Source of the DNA: Cyanophora paradoxa CCMP329
Lineage: Eukaryota; Plantae; Glaucophyta
DNA length: 54,258 nucleotides
Direction of reading: 5' to 3'
NCBI GenBank assembly: GCA_004431415.1
Contig: QPMI01000338.1
Location: forward strand, 1 to 54,258
The notes below the pieces were generated by a model. The model was not told the DNA's origin and ran no database searches. It worked only from the letters and a program-made list of their open reading frames with translations. Of the stretch, positions 23,037 through 34,027 are shown piece by piece. The translations under genes and the position numbers were made by a program. Position 1 is the stretch's first letter. Each line of letters opens with the position of its first letter.

Positions 23037-26000
23037 TCAACTGTGGCATTTGGAGCACGATCGGGAGGCAAGCTCCGCGAAGGCGCCGAGGAGCTCGAAG
23101 GCGAGCTCGGGGTGGGAGCCGAGGAGGTCCCGGGACTGCCTGCTGTGGGCTGCCGCCTTGCTGTTGCGTCCCTCGATGGCGCGGCAAAGCGCCAGCGCCC
23201 GCAGGGTCCGGTCGCCCAGCTGGTCTGCCAAGACGAGCGCCTCGATCGCCACGCCGGCCTGGGGGAGCGTGAGAGCCGTGCGAGACTGGGCGGGGCGGCG
23301 ATGGCTGGAGGGCGCGCTGGGAGAGAGCCGTTCCGGTCAAGGCTCTTGAGAATGCGCCCGAGCAATGGAGAAACGCCAAAATAACTGGCCGCCCGTAAAG
23401 CCTCGAGGCGGGCCCGGGCCTCGGCGGCCCTGTCCCAAGATCCTGTGATGCCCCGCGGCGCAAGTCAGTAACCGGTATCTTGGTCAGTCAGTTCGGAATC
23501 AAGCTAAAGCTCGCGCGCAGGGCCGGACCCGCGTCCCTGGAGCGGGAGCAGACTCTAATTATACAAGATACGAAGGCGCACCTACATTGTCACGCCACGT
23601 CTCCGAGTAAGGTACCCGCAGCTCGTCTGTGTAGCAGAACCAGAGGACAGAACGAAACGTGTCGACGCTGAATCCGTGCACCTGTTGGGAGTCAGGGTAC
23701 AGGAACGGGCGGGGCAGGGGTTCACGCGCATCGATGACGCGGCTGTGGGACTCGCGCATCCCCGAGGCGAACACTGCGCGAAAATATTCGCTTTCGGCCT
23801 GCGGGGGATCCGGATTCGGAAGGTCACGATCTGATCCGGGAAAAGGAAGATCTAGAGGATATTCAGAGAGAGGGCGGGGGGCAGGTGCGCACAGAAAGGA
23901 CGGAGGAATCGACCAGGAAATCCACGGGCTCCGGGGGCTCAGGGCATCCAAATGCGGAGGCGGGCGACGCTGGAAGGGAGTATAAAATTGAGGCGGAAGG
24001 CCCGCCGGCAGCGTAGCGGATGTAAAATTCAAAGAAACGCAGATATAAGGTTATATAATAAGCTTAAAAGGGGCCTTCGCGTTCGTTGCTCAGCGGACCG
24101 GTCGGGGGGTGGACACGCAAGATCACGTCGGCGGGAGGGCACTCAGCTGCGGATGGGTCGCAAAATGACTCGCGATCGGGGACGCCACAGCTTCTGAATG
24201 GGACTCCCTCAACGAGGGCGATCTGCGGGGGGCTAAGTGAGACTGAGTGTGCGGGGTTAGGGGGCCCGGGATGTGATGCTACAAATTTGAGGTCAGGGAG
24301 GGTTTGCAGCGGGTACTGGGGCCCCTGCGTGGCGCGGCGAAGCGCCAGCGCCCGCAGGGTCCGGTCGCCCAGCTGGTCTGCCAAGACGAGCGCCTCGATC
24401 GCCACACCGGCCTGGCGGAGCGTGAGAGCCGTGCGAGACTGGGCGGGGCGGCGATGGCCGGAGGGCGCACTGGGAGAGAGCCGTAGTGTTCGAGGCTTTC
24501 GAGAATGCGCCCGAGCAATGAAGAAACGCCAAAGGAATACGCCGCCCGTATAGCTTCGAGGTAGGCCCGGGCCCCGGCCGCCCTAGGCCTGTCCCCAGAT
24601 CCTGTGAAGCCCCGCGGCGCGACGTCAGTTACCGGTATTTTGTTGGTTATATCATTATATTTTAATTAGTCACTTAATTATGAGGTAAAAAGCTAAAGCT
24701 CGCGCACAGGACCCGCGTCACTGGCGCGGGAGCAGACTCTAAGTTCCGGAGGCGCACCTACATTGTCACGCCACGTCTCCGAGTAAGGTACCCGCAGTCC
24801 GTAGGTGTAGCAGAACCAGAGGACAGAACGAAACGTGTCGACGCTGAATCCGTGCACCTGTTGGGAGTCAGGGTACAGGAACGGGCGGGGCAGGGGTTCA
24901 CGCGCATCGATGACGCGGCTGTGGGACTCGCGCATCCCCGAGGCGAACACTGCGCGAAAATATTCGCTTTCGGCCTGCGGGGGATCCGGATTCGGAAGGT
25001 CACGATCTGATCCGGGAAAAGGAAGATCTAGAGGATATTCAGAGAGAGGGCGGGGGGCAGGTGCGCACAGAAAGGACGGAGGAATCGACCAGGAAATCCA
25101 CGGGCTCCGGGGGCTCAGGGCATCCAAATGCGGAGGCGGGCGACGCTGGAAGGGAGTATAAAATTGAGGCGGAAGGCCCGCCGGCAGCGTAGCGGATGTA
25201 AAATTCAAAGAAACGCAGATATAAGGTTATATAATAAGCTTAAAAGGGGCCTTCGCGTTCGTTGCTCAGCGGACCGGTCGGGGGGTGGACACGCAAGATC
25301 ACGTCGGCGGGAGGGCACTCGGATGGGTCGCAATTGAAGACGCCACAACTGCCCGAGGGGCTCCCCTCAATGAGGGCGACCTGTGCATGCGGATATACAG
25401 TGAGACTGCTGCAAGGATCACGTAGTATGCGGGGTGAGGGGGCCCCGGGGTGGGAAGATACAAGTTCGAGCTCGGGGTCGGAGAGGGCTGGGCTCTGGCC
25501 GCCCGTTGGATGCTCCTGGGGCGCTGGTAGCGGATGCTGGGGGCCCTGCGCGGGTGTTCACGCGGCGTAAGAGGTATAGCTTCGAGTTGAAACCCCAAAA
25601 TTTACCACGGAGACAGTCATGAGCCTCGCCATTCCGGATCCGTCCTGCGGAGATCCGGGAATATAAATATTAGGCTGCGAAGCTTAAGCCGAGCAGGGCA
25701 GAGATCGAGATAGAGGAAAAGGGCAATATAATGCAGACGTCGTTGTCAGTGTAGACAAAACCAGGGCTTCTCTCCGAAATTCGTAGCGCGTTATTGCAGG
25801 ACAAAAAGCTGCAGAGAAGGGGGGGTCAGCGTTCTACGGATTGAAATCGCCCAATTAACGCCCAGCCCAGGGTGGAGTTTGATTGGAATAAATTCTGAGC
25901 AGCAAGCTAACGAATAAATTGTTTAAGCCCAGGCTTGAACTTTAAAGGCTGCTGCTCCGCGGCGCACGTGTTGTTGCGGACGCAGCCGGCCTCGACGACG

Positions 26001-27264
26001 TCCTTTCGCGGGCCGGTGAAGGCGATGCCCACCGCGCAGCCCCGCACCACGCTTGCAGTCATCTGAGGAGGGCCGGGGTCTGTTAGACGCCGGCGGCGCG
26101 CGCGTGTCGTGAGCGCGGGCCTGCCTGGACAACGCATGTACGGTGCTTGAAGCTCACGGCGTGGTTGCAGGCGGATAATTCGCTCCTTCTGACGTCCACG
26201 GTCGTGCCCGGCAAGTTGCAGACGATGCCGTGCTGCGGCCGTGTGCGAGCTTCCGGTCAACGGGGGCGGAGCAGGCGGCGGACGGGGGGAGCGCCGGCCG
26301 CGATGGGCGTACCTGAGGCCTGCAGTTGACGATGCGGCAAGCGTCGAACGAGAGGGTGGACTGGACGGGCGTCACGCCGGCGCCCACCGCGCGCGTGGTC
26401 TTTGACGAGGCAACGAGCACTCCAACGGAGCCCTGCATACGCAGCCCATTAATCGCACAATTCTCATAACACCAGCACAGCGTGCATGCACCTTCAGCTT
26501 GGCTTTGAAGGAGCTCTCCGAAGGAGCGCGTGCGCTTGCAAGCGCTGCATCTATCACACAGTTCGCAAAGCGCCTGCGCCGTGTGAGCGTACATCAGCTT
26601 CGAATATACGCGAAATCCGACTTTAGCAGAGAAAAGCGACTCGGCGATAAGCGCGCGGAGCGGTGCCATTACCAAGCACAGCGGCGGCCCATGAGAACCG
26701 TGCTTCCACGCAGCTCCAAGTTCGCGAATGTCACCGTCGCCTGCGCTCATGATCGGATCGCCGGAGTCGAAGTCGCGCCAAATGTCGAAAAGCGCTTGAA
26801 GGTCTAAAGCCTGAAGAGCATGCAAGAATGCGCACGGAGTCCCCATGGACGAGGAACAGTGCGCGGGAAGGCGACTGGGACTGCAAAATGGTCTGTTTCT
26901 CCGAATCGCCGACGACCGTGAGGGTGCAGTCAGATGCCTACGTATACGCGCGCCCGCGCCGCCGCGCCGCAGATCTCAGGCCGCGTGCGCATGAATTCAG
27001 CTGCGTACGGGCCGGGTTGAATCGCACCTGCAGCTTCGTGCGGCTTGGAAAGACGTGCAGTCCCGATGAGAGGCGGATCTCGATATTGTCGCAGCGGTCG
27101 CGTTTCGCGCGCTTCCAGGCCTGCAGGGACCTTTAGCTTGGCTTTGCGTGCGCGCCGCGGCGCCTACAGCTTGCGAAGGATCGGAAACGGATCGCCACAC
27201 GCACGCGCACCGCAGCGATGGTCTGAAATCTCGAATCGTAGCCGACGACGTACGTATTCTTCAT
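23037..27264 (-). CDS. Parallel beta-helix protein with a tandemly duplicated BTB module, copy 4, multi-exon
   Basis: Exons MKNTYVVGYDSRFQTIAA|AWKRAKRDRCDNIEIRLSSGLHVFPSRTKLQ|ASDCTLTVVGDSEKQTILQ. The motifs SEYFRAVFASGMRESHSRVID and FSVDTFRSVLWFCYT occur twice, 1176 bp apart. Confidence 0.65.
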
Positions 27265-27419
27265 CGCAGCTCACGCAGTCCGCCGTCCGCCGATGGTCGC
27301 TGTGGAGCGCGGGGGGGCGGCTGAACGACCGCAGCGCGCCGGAATGAGCGGATCGAATTCGAATTTCGCGCGAATTTCGCCTGGAAACCTCGGAATTTCG
27401 AGGGCCTATAGCTAGGGGT

Positions 27420-28331
27420 TCAAGAGGCTCGCGGATCGAATTCCGGGCAAGTCCTCGTAGCTCAAAGGTTAGAGCGCATGGATCCGGGTCGTTTAATTCC
27501 TGCTTTGCATGGTGGGGTTGAATTGGGCCGGTCCAGAAGGTCCGGGTTCGACTCCTGGCGAGGACAGTTTTCGCGGCTTCCACTCCCGGCCGGGCCGAAT
27601 TCGCGTTTTCGCAATTTCACGAAATTTTCTCAACTTCACGAGGTTTCGCCCCCGCCGCGGCGCCTCCGGCGGCGCACATGTGTCTGGCTGCACATGCGCA
27701 TGCATATATATAGGCCACAGATTTAGATCGGACTCCGCGGCCGGGACTTCGAAGTGTAGTGACTATATTAATGAGAGCGCAACTCGAAATTCTCGAAATT
27801 CGCAGACTTCTGGCCCCAGCTAATGCCCGGCCATGATGCACGCCTCTACAGCTATTGCCGAGTTGTGCCGGCCACCGCCATGACCGGCGCAAAGCTTTGC
27901 TAGGCCCTAAGCCAAGTACTACGGTAAGGCCTCCTAGCTAGGCCTCTAGATTTGATCTCCGCCCCCGAGTGCCGAAGCGCGCTCGGCGGGCCGCCCAGCC
28001 TGGCAGGCCTTGCAACTGCGTGCGCGCTCCCCAGCCCCGCCCTCGGTGCACGTGCCTCGCCGAAACTCTCGTGTTGGCAAGACTTGGGCCGATGATTTTT
28101 CTCGGGGTCCGAGTTCGAGCGGCTCACCGTGGCCAAATTCGATTTCGCGAATTCGCCAAGCCAAGAAGATACGTATACCTGCATGCCTATCCGAGAAGTG
28201 CCCCATCTGGACCCCATCTGGGTGACTCAGTGAGGGAGCTAGCACAAGAGTTAAATCCTTCGGAACTTAATCTTAAGCTCAAGCATTTCCCTCGGGAAGG
28301 GGAGAAGGGAGCGGGGTGCCTTAAAATGTCT
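27420..28331. repeat. Segmental duplicate of about 10895-11815
   Basis: Near-identical sequence from CAAGAGGCTCGCGGATC to GCCTTAAAATGTCTAA. Confidence 0.9.
27451..27566 (+). ncRNA. tRNA-like Pol III RNA, type A, copy 4
   Basis: Same body as copy 1. A T-stem A>G change keeps a G-U pair. The apex of the central hairpin differs but can still pair. TTTT downstream. Confidence 0.75.
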
Positions 28332-28603
28332 AACAGGGGAGAAGGGGGAGTGCGCTTGACAATTAACGCTAGCGCACCGGGGAACGCCTCTGTGAGAGCT
28401 TGCTATTCCCAGCCTGGCCATGGCAGCTTTGCCGCGTGCGTCGAGAGTCACTGAGTTGAGCACGAGCGATCAAGCATAAGGGCGAACAAGTCTTTTCTTA
28501 TTGAATTGAAATATACAGCATGATTATATTAAGATTAAGTCCATAACATATCTAGCCGCTCGCGGGCCGGCCGGGGCAGCCGGATGGGGGTTTACGTACG
28601 GAG

Positions 28604-28646
<43 letters not shown>

Positions 28647-28653
28647 CGGCCCG

Positions 28654-28965
28654 CCCCAATCGCTGCGCATTGCCGTGATCCTTGCCCCAGACGCGCGCGA
28701 CACGGCCGCACGCGTACGGGAGCGGGTCCTCCCCCAATCGCTGCGCATTGCCGTGATCCTTGCCCCAGACGCGCGCGACACGGCCGCACGCGTACGGGAG
28801 CGGGTCCTCCCCCAATCGCTGCGCATTGCCGTGATCCTTGCCCCAGACGCGCGCGACACGGCCGCACGCGTACGGGAGCGGGTCCTCCCCCAATCGCTGC
28901 GCATTGCCGTGATCCTTGCCCCAGACGCGCGCGACACGGCCGCACGCGTACGGGAGCGGGTCCTC
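28654..28965. repeat. Four perfect tandem copies of a 78-bp unit, preceded by a 42-nt poly-G run (28605-28646)
   Basis: CCCCAATCGCTGCGCATTGCCGTGATCC...ACGCGTACGGGAGCGGGTCCTC; the AAT falls at 28658, 28736, 28814 and 28892. Confidence 0.95.
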
Positions 28966-29199
28966 CGCCGCTCCTTCAAATTCCCCCCTCGCCGATTAGA
29001 TATATATCCGAGGAATCATTTGAATTCTGAAGGAAGTGCACGCATATATAGATCTAAATCCGTAGAGCTCGAGGAATCGATCCGAAATCCGAATTCGCAA
29101 TTTCGAAGAAAGGCGGCAAGCCTTCCAGAGACGCTGCAAGTTCGCAGCGCCGCTGCAAGTGCGCAGCGCCGTTTTTGCACAAGATACGATATCGCGGGC

Positions 29200-30330
29200 T
29201 GACCTCCCGCGCTTAATGATCAAGACTCGGAATCGGCGATTCGACGAGCCCGGCGCAGAGCCGCCTAATTCAAATGTCGCGGGACGCCGATGAACCGTCC
29301 GTGCGCTCGACATCTCTGCAGTTGTCGGCTGCGCAATTTTCGCTCGGAGTTTTAATTTGCGTGCTTTTTGCGCAGGCTGATTTTCAGACGTGGGCGCGCT
29401 TCGCAAGAAGCCTAGAGCAGTTGCCGAATTCGGATCCGTCGCAGGACGCAAGCGCGTCAGAATCGCGGACTCCGAAAAGCTCGAAATTAATTTCGCGCGA
29501 TTTTTCCGCAGCAACGCCCTTTGGCACGAGAACTTGGAGCACGTTGCCTGAGGGCTGGTCCGCGTGGCTGGCGGGTGGCCATGGCCCGCCCCCTGAGAGC
29601 CGCCGAGATATTGGAGCTGGTGCCGATGCTGCGCGTACGGTGATCTGAGTCGAGGTTTGATTGAAATCACTTTAATTTTATTGATTCGGTCCGGATTGCG
29701 CAGATGGCCAGGGGAGAGACGGGCGCCGTGGATGTCCGCATGGCTGAGCTCGACGTCGCCTCCGACCCTGCAAAGGTGCGCCGCGCGCTTGCGAATGTTG
29801 GTCAGAAGCTTCGCCCTCCCATTTTAAAACCTGTACATATGTGTTCGCGCCGCGAATCTGACTGCTATCTGCAGGTGGACGCCCTCCTCCGACTCCCTGT
29901 GGACAAGCTGCTTCAAATTCCCGCGCCGTCGATCCCCGACTCCGGGGAAGCGGCTCCCGAGGTATGTATCCGAAAGCGAATCGACGCATTGAAAATTGAA
30001 GGTTAGGGTCTTTCTTCGGATTTCTCACACTTCATCATAGGCCGAGACCATGCGCACGGGCCGCGCGGCAGCGGGACTCGCCGCCCGCGTCGGCCTGCAT
30101 TCGGCGTCGGCGACCCTGGCGGATGTCATGGAGGCTGCCTGCGAGGAGATCGACAAGCGGATCGCGAAGGCATAGGCTTCGAGGCGGCCTGCGAGGAGAT
30201 CGACGGGCGAATCGCGAAGGCAAATTAATTCCTGTCGCGGCGGCGACTGGGGAGACTGCCAGCTTTACCATTCCTCTCCCTGCAATTTTGATATCCATTC
30301 CGAAGTTCGCCGCTCGAGCCATATCATAGT
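29200..30330 (+). CDS. Uncharacterised multi-exon gene, paralog A (boundaries approximate)
   Basis: Exons bounded by ag/gt: MARGETGAVDVRMAELDVASDPAK|VDALLRLPVDKLLQIP. Similar to paralog B at both nucleotide and peptide level. Confidence 0.4.
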
Positions 30331-31189
30331 ATGTACAGTTTTTCTGGGCGTCGATATCGATGCCAAGCGGTTGGGGAAGGATACAATGGCATGAAACGGG
30401 CGGGCGAGCTGAACTGTTCATGAGAAGCCTACGGCCCGAATAAGTTGTTGAATAGAGATTGAGGGGCCCTGCGGCCTTTGTATAATTAGAGGGCTCTTCT
30501 GCAGCTGAACAGTATATTAGATCTAGATCTCTTCTCAGAGTCTTGCACGTTAGATCCGATTATCCCTTCCGAGTTCTGTGTGCATGATCTAGCTATTTAT
30601 AGCTTACTCTCCTGGCCCAGTGGATGATCTCCGATGATCATGATCCGATGATCTCTTCTGGATTCGTCCTATATTTATATCCTATACGAATACGATAATT
30701 TAGACTAAAGCTAGCTAACTAGGATCCGATGATCGATATATAGTAAAATTTAGACTACGTATACGGAATAATCATTGAAGAGTGTAAAAAAGAAGGAGAA
30801 AGCTTTTTGAGGAGCTTTGCCATTCAATGATTCAATGACGAAAACCTATATGTCCCCTTTCCTCCTTTTAAAATAATGATGTGTGTGTCGGGCAGTCGAC
30901 GTCATGATCACAGGACTTTTTTCGTCGCCAGACCGTCGGACTTTCGCGGCCGCCAGAAGCCGCCCGCCGCACGACTCAGCTTCAGATCTAGAGTTCTGCG
31001 CTGCAGCGCGGACGAAAACGCTCGAGCATCTTCGAGCTCGGCTTCTCGCTTCCGAAGTTCGAGTTCGTCCTTTCTTGGCGAGCTTAAGCCTTTGAAGGGA
31101 TCGATATCGCCGGAATTAACGCCGCGTGCAAGTGCGCAAGAATTACATTTAATGCGCCGCTTTCGCACAAAACGCGATGTAGGGGGCTG

Positions 31190-32130
31190 ATCATGACCTC
31201 CCGTGCTTAATCGACGATTTGCGCTCGATGAGTCCTGACACGGAGTCGCCAGATTCGATCCGCCAGGCTGATTTGCAGTTGTGGGCGTGGGTGCCAAATT
31301 CGTCGTAGCGTGCCCGTGCGTCAAAATCGCGGACTCGAGAGCTCGAAACTTATTTCGCGCGCTTTTTCGCGCAGGAATGGATGAGGAGTATTTGAATGCC
31401 GTGAAGTCCGAGTGTGCGGAGCTGCGGAATGATAAGGCTGAATTCCATGCTACGGTGCCTTGATTCGGATACTATATATATATAACGTACACTGTTTACG
31501 AAACCCGTTTAAATTGATCGGGTCGGGCTCGTCGGCTCGCTCAGTTGGGGGAGATGAACGCCGTCAGGATCCGAATGGCTGAGCTCCAAATGGCCGACTA
31601 CCTCGCCTCGGTCAGAACCTCAGCCCCCGGATCCGAATTCGCGCCTGAGCGCGCCGGGCCGCGAATTAATTCGAATCCTGCTGCGCTCGGCAGGTGAAGA
31701 AATCAACTATTGACACCCTGCTCCGAGTCCCCCCGGCCGCGCTCAAAGACTACTTCTCCAAATACGAGAAAGATGATGCGGTATGACTATGGACCCGTAC
31801 GCAAATTGAGGCCAAGGCGAAGCCTTAAATTTAAACTTGAAAGGTCCTTGACCTCGTCTCCGGGCTCCTCGAGGCGTCCGGCGAGGAGATCGAGAGGGCG
31901 ACGGCGGAGTTAGCGGCCACGCCAGATTCTGAGTCTGTACAGGCCAAGTTCGTAGCCGCTCTGCGCTTCACGGCCGCGGCATCGGAGGCTTTTTCTGCTG
32001 TTTTCGCTGAATGGACTGCTCGGAAGAAACGCGAGCTGAACATCAATGGGGCCGGCGGGCCCGGTGGCAGCAACGCTAGCGACAACTACAGCGGCGGCGT
32101 CTAGCACTGTCAGGCCCTGCACCTGAGGAG
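31190..32130 (+). CDS. Uncharacterised multi-exon gene or pseudogene, paralog B (boundaries approximate)
   Basis: Exons LGEMNAVRIRMAELQMADYLAS|VKKSTIDTLLRVP with matching intron positions. Shares 5' (TGACCTCCCGYGCTTAAT) and 3' (GATGCCAARCGGTT) sequence with paralog A. Confidence 0.38.
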
Positions 32131-32739
32131 AAGCTTTCCCTCTTTAGCTTTCTGTCTTCGGCTTTCTGTCTTTCAACCCCAGACCGTACATATGTATACG
32201 TATACCTGCAAGCTGATGCCAAACGGTTTGGGTGGAATAACACTGTGACACGGGATTAAACGGTGGTGAGAGCAAATATTGATTATAATTAAACGTGCGA
32301 AATCTGAAAGTCTTATAATTATTTGCTTCGAATTCCAGTCCTGCACGTCAGTCCTCCAACTACTCATTCATTCACCAAGAACTTGACGCAGAAATTAGAG
32401 GCTGAGGCTGCAGCCGCTGAGCAGCTGCGCTTGCGATCGATACGGAGAGGAGCGTCGGCCGCCGCGGGCGGCCCGGCGGGGTTATGAAGGCAGGGTCGGC
32501 CGTGCTGTGGAAGATGCCATCTGAGAATTCGAACAACATAAAGCCACATTTATATATAGAAAATTAGAACAGGAATTCCGAATCGATACATCGATCTGGC
32601 CATGGAAATGCAAACACTGTACATGTGCGAGGCAAACTGGAGACGCTATCTGCAGCTGGGATCCGGATCCGGAGACACATAAAGCTACTTCAAATGAATT
32701 AGAAACAGAACGAGCTTCGCGATCGCTGGCACCGCCTAA

Positions 32740-33036
32740 TTAATTAGGTCGAAGGAGACCTGCGTGTGGGGGAGGCTCAGTCGGAGCGCCTCGCGCGCCG
32801 CGTCGTCGAGGGCGGCGACCGCGGCCTTTGCCGGAAGCGGCGGGAGACGTGGCTGAGCTGCACGAGCTCGTCGAAGTACTGAAATGTGAGACGCCGTGAC
32901 GGCGGGAGCAGGATTCCAACAGAATCGGCGCGAATTCCGGGCAGCTGAACTCCGACGCTTCTCCGATGATGCGGGTGACGAGGTCGTCGGGGAGAGCGTC
33001 GAACGGGCTGCCGCCGGCCGCCATTGCCGCCGCCAC
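32740..33036 (-). CDS. F-box-domain protein N-terminus (downstream exons unclear; may be a fragment)
   Basis: MAAGGSPFDALPDDLVTRII matches the F-box start consensus LPxElLxxI. Confidence 0.55.
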   Translation of the reverse strand: MAAAMAAGGSPFDALPDDLVTRIIGEASEFSCPEFAPILLESCSRRHGVSHFSTSTSSCSSATSPAASGKGRGRRPRRRGARGAPTEPPPHAGLLRPN

Positions 33037-34027
33037 GCTCGAGCTCGCCGACAGATCAAAAGGCTGTGTAGCTGCGCAGAGGAAGATCAGTCGGCGGCGG
33101 CAGCGGCCATGGCCAGGTATCAGGCATGTGCAGGAAAGCGCGTGCAGGCATGTTGCAATTGTACTACGGTATGCGCACTCTGCAGCTGCAGCTGGCCGTG
33201 CACGTGGCCATGACCAGATCTAGGTGAAGTGGCGCAGCCAGATGAAGACGCGTCTAGATCTGCAGGGCCGTTAGCGAGAGTAGACTAGAGGCTGTGGCCG
33301 GTAATTCACCAAAAAAAAATAGCGAGAGCGCTAGCGCAACATTACCGTACGGGTGCAGCTGCTCACCAGCTGTCCGCGGGGTACATGAGGCACTGCAGCT
33401 GGCCGCGGCACCGCGGACGTCGACGGCGCTGGCGGCGCGGGCGCGGGCGCCGCGGCCGCGGCCGCGGCCGGCGCGGCTGCGGGCGCGGGTTCTCCCGCCC
33501 CTTCGGCTGCCACCGCGGACGTCGACGGCGGTGCGGGCGCCGGCGCCGCGGTCGACGTCGGCGCGGACGTCGGCGACGGTGCGGGCGCGGCCGCGGGTTA
33601 ACGTTCTCCCGTGGCTGCCCTCGCCCGCTTCGCCGCGCGCTCGCGAGCCATCTGCGACTCGCCTGCGCAGACCTGCGACTCGCGTCAACCGCGTGCGTGC
33701 GGGACGACTTAGCTTCGGCGCGCCAGCGCCGGCACGGCGCCGGCGCGCCACGTGCACGGGCCGGGCCGGGGCCCGGGCCCGGGCCGGCGCGGCCCGCGGG
33801 GCGCCGGCGCCGGCCAAAACGCGCGCGCACCTGCGCCGGAGCGATCGCCGCGCTCGCTCGGTATGCAGACTGACTGCCAGCAACGTGCACGTCGTCGCTC
33901 CGGTGCAGCCGTCGTGCCGCTGGACTGCGTCCCGGCGAGCTCGCGAGCCACCTGCTTTCGCGCTCGCTTGCCGAGCGTCGGAACCGCTTCCGAATCTCCT
34001 TTAACGTCGCCGGAACGCTAGCCGCCG

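Noticed and set aside
28654-28965. CRISPR array
   Set aside because: The units are contiguous and identical with no spacers, there are no cas genes, and the context is eukaryotic.
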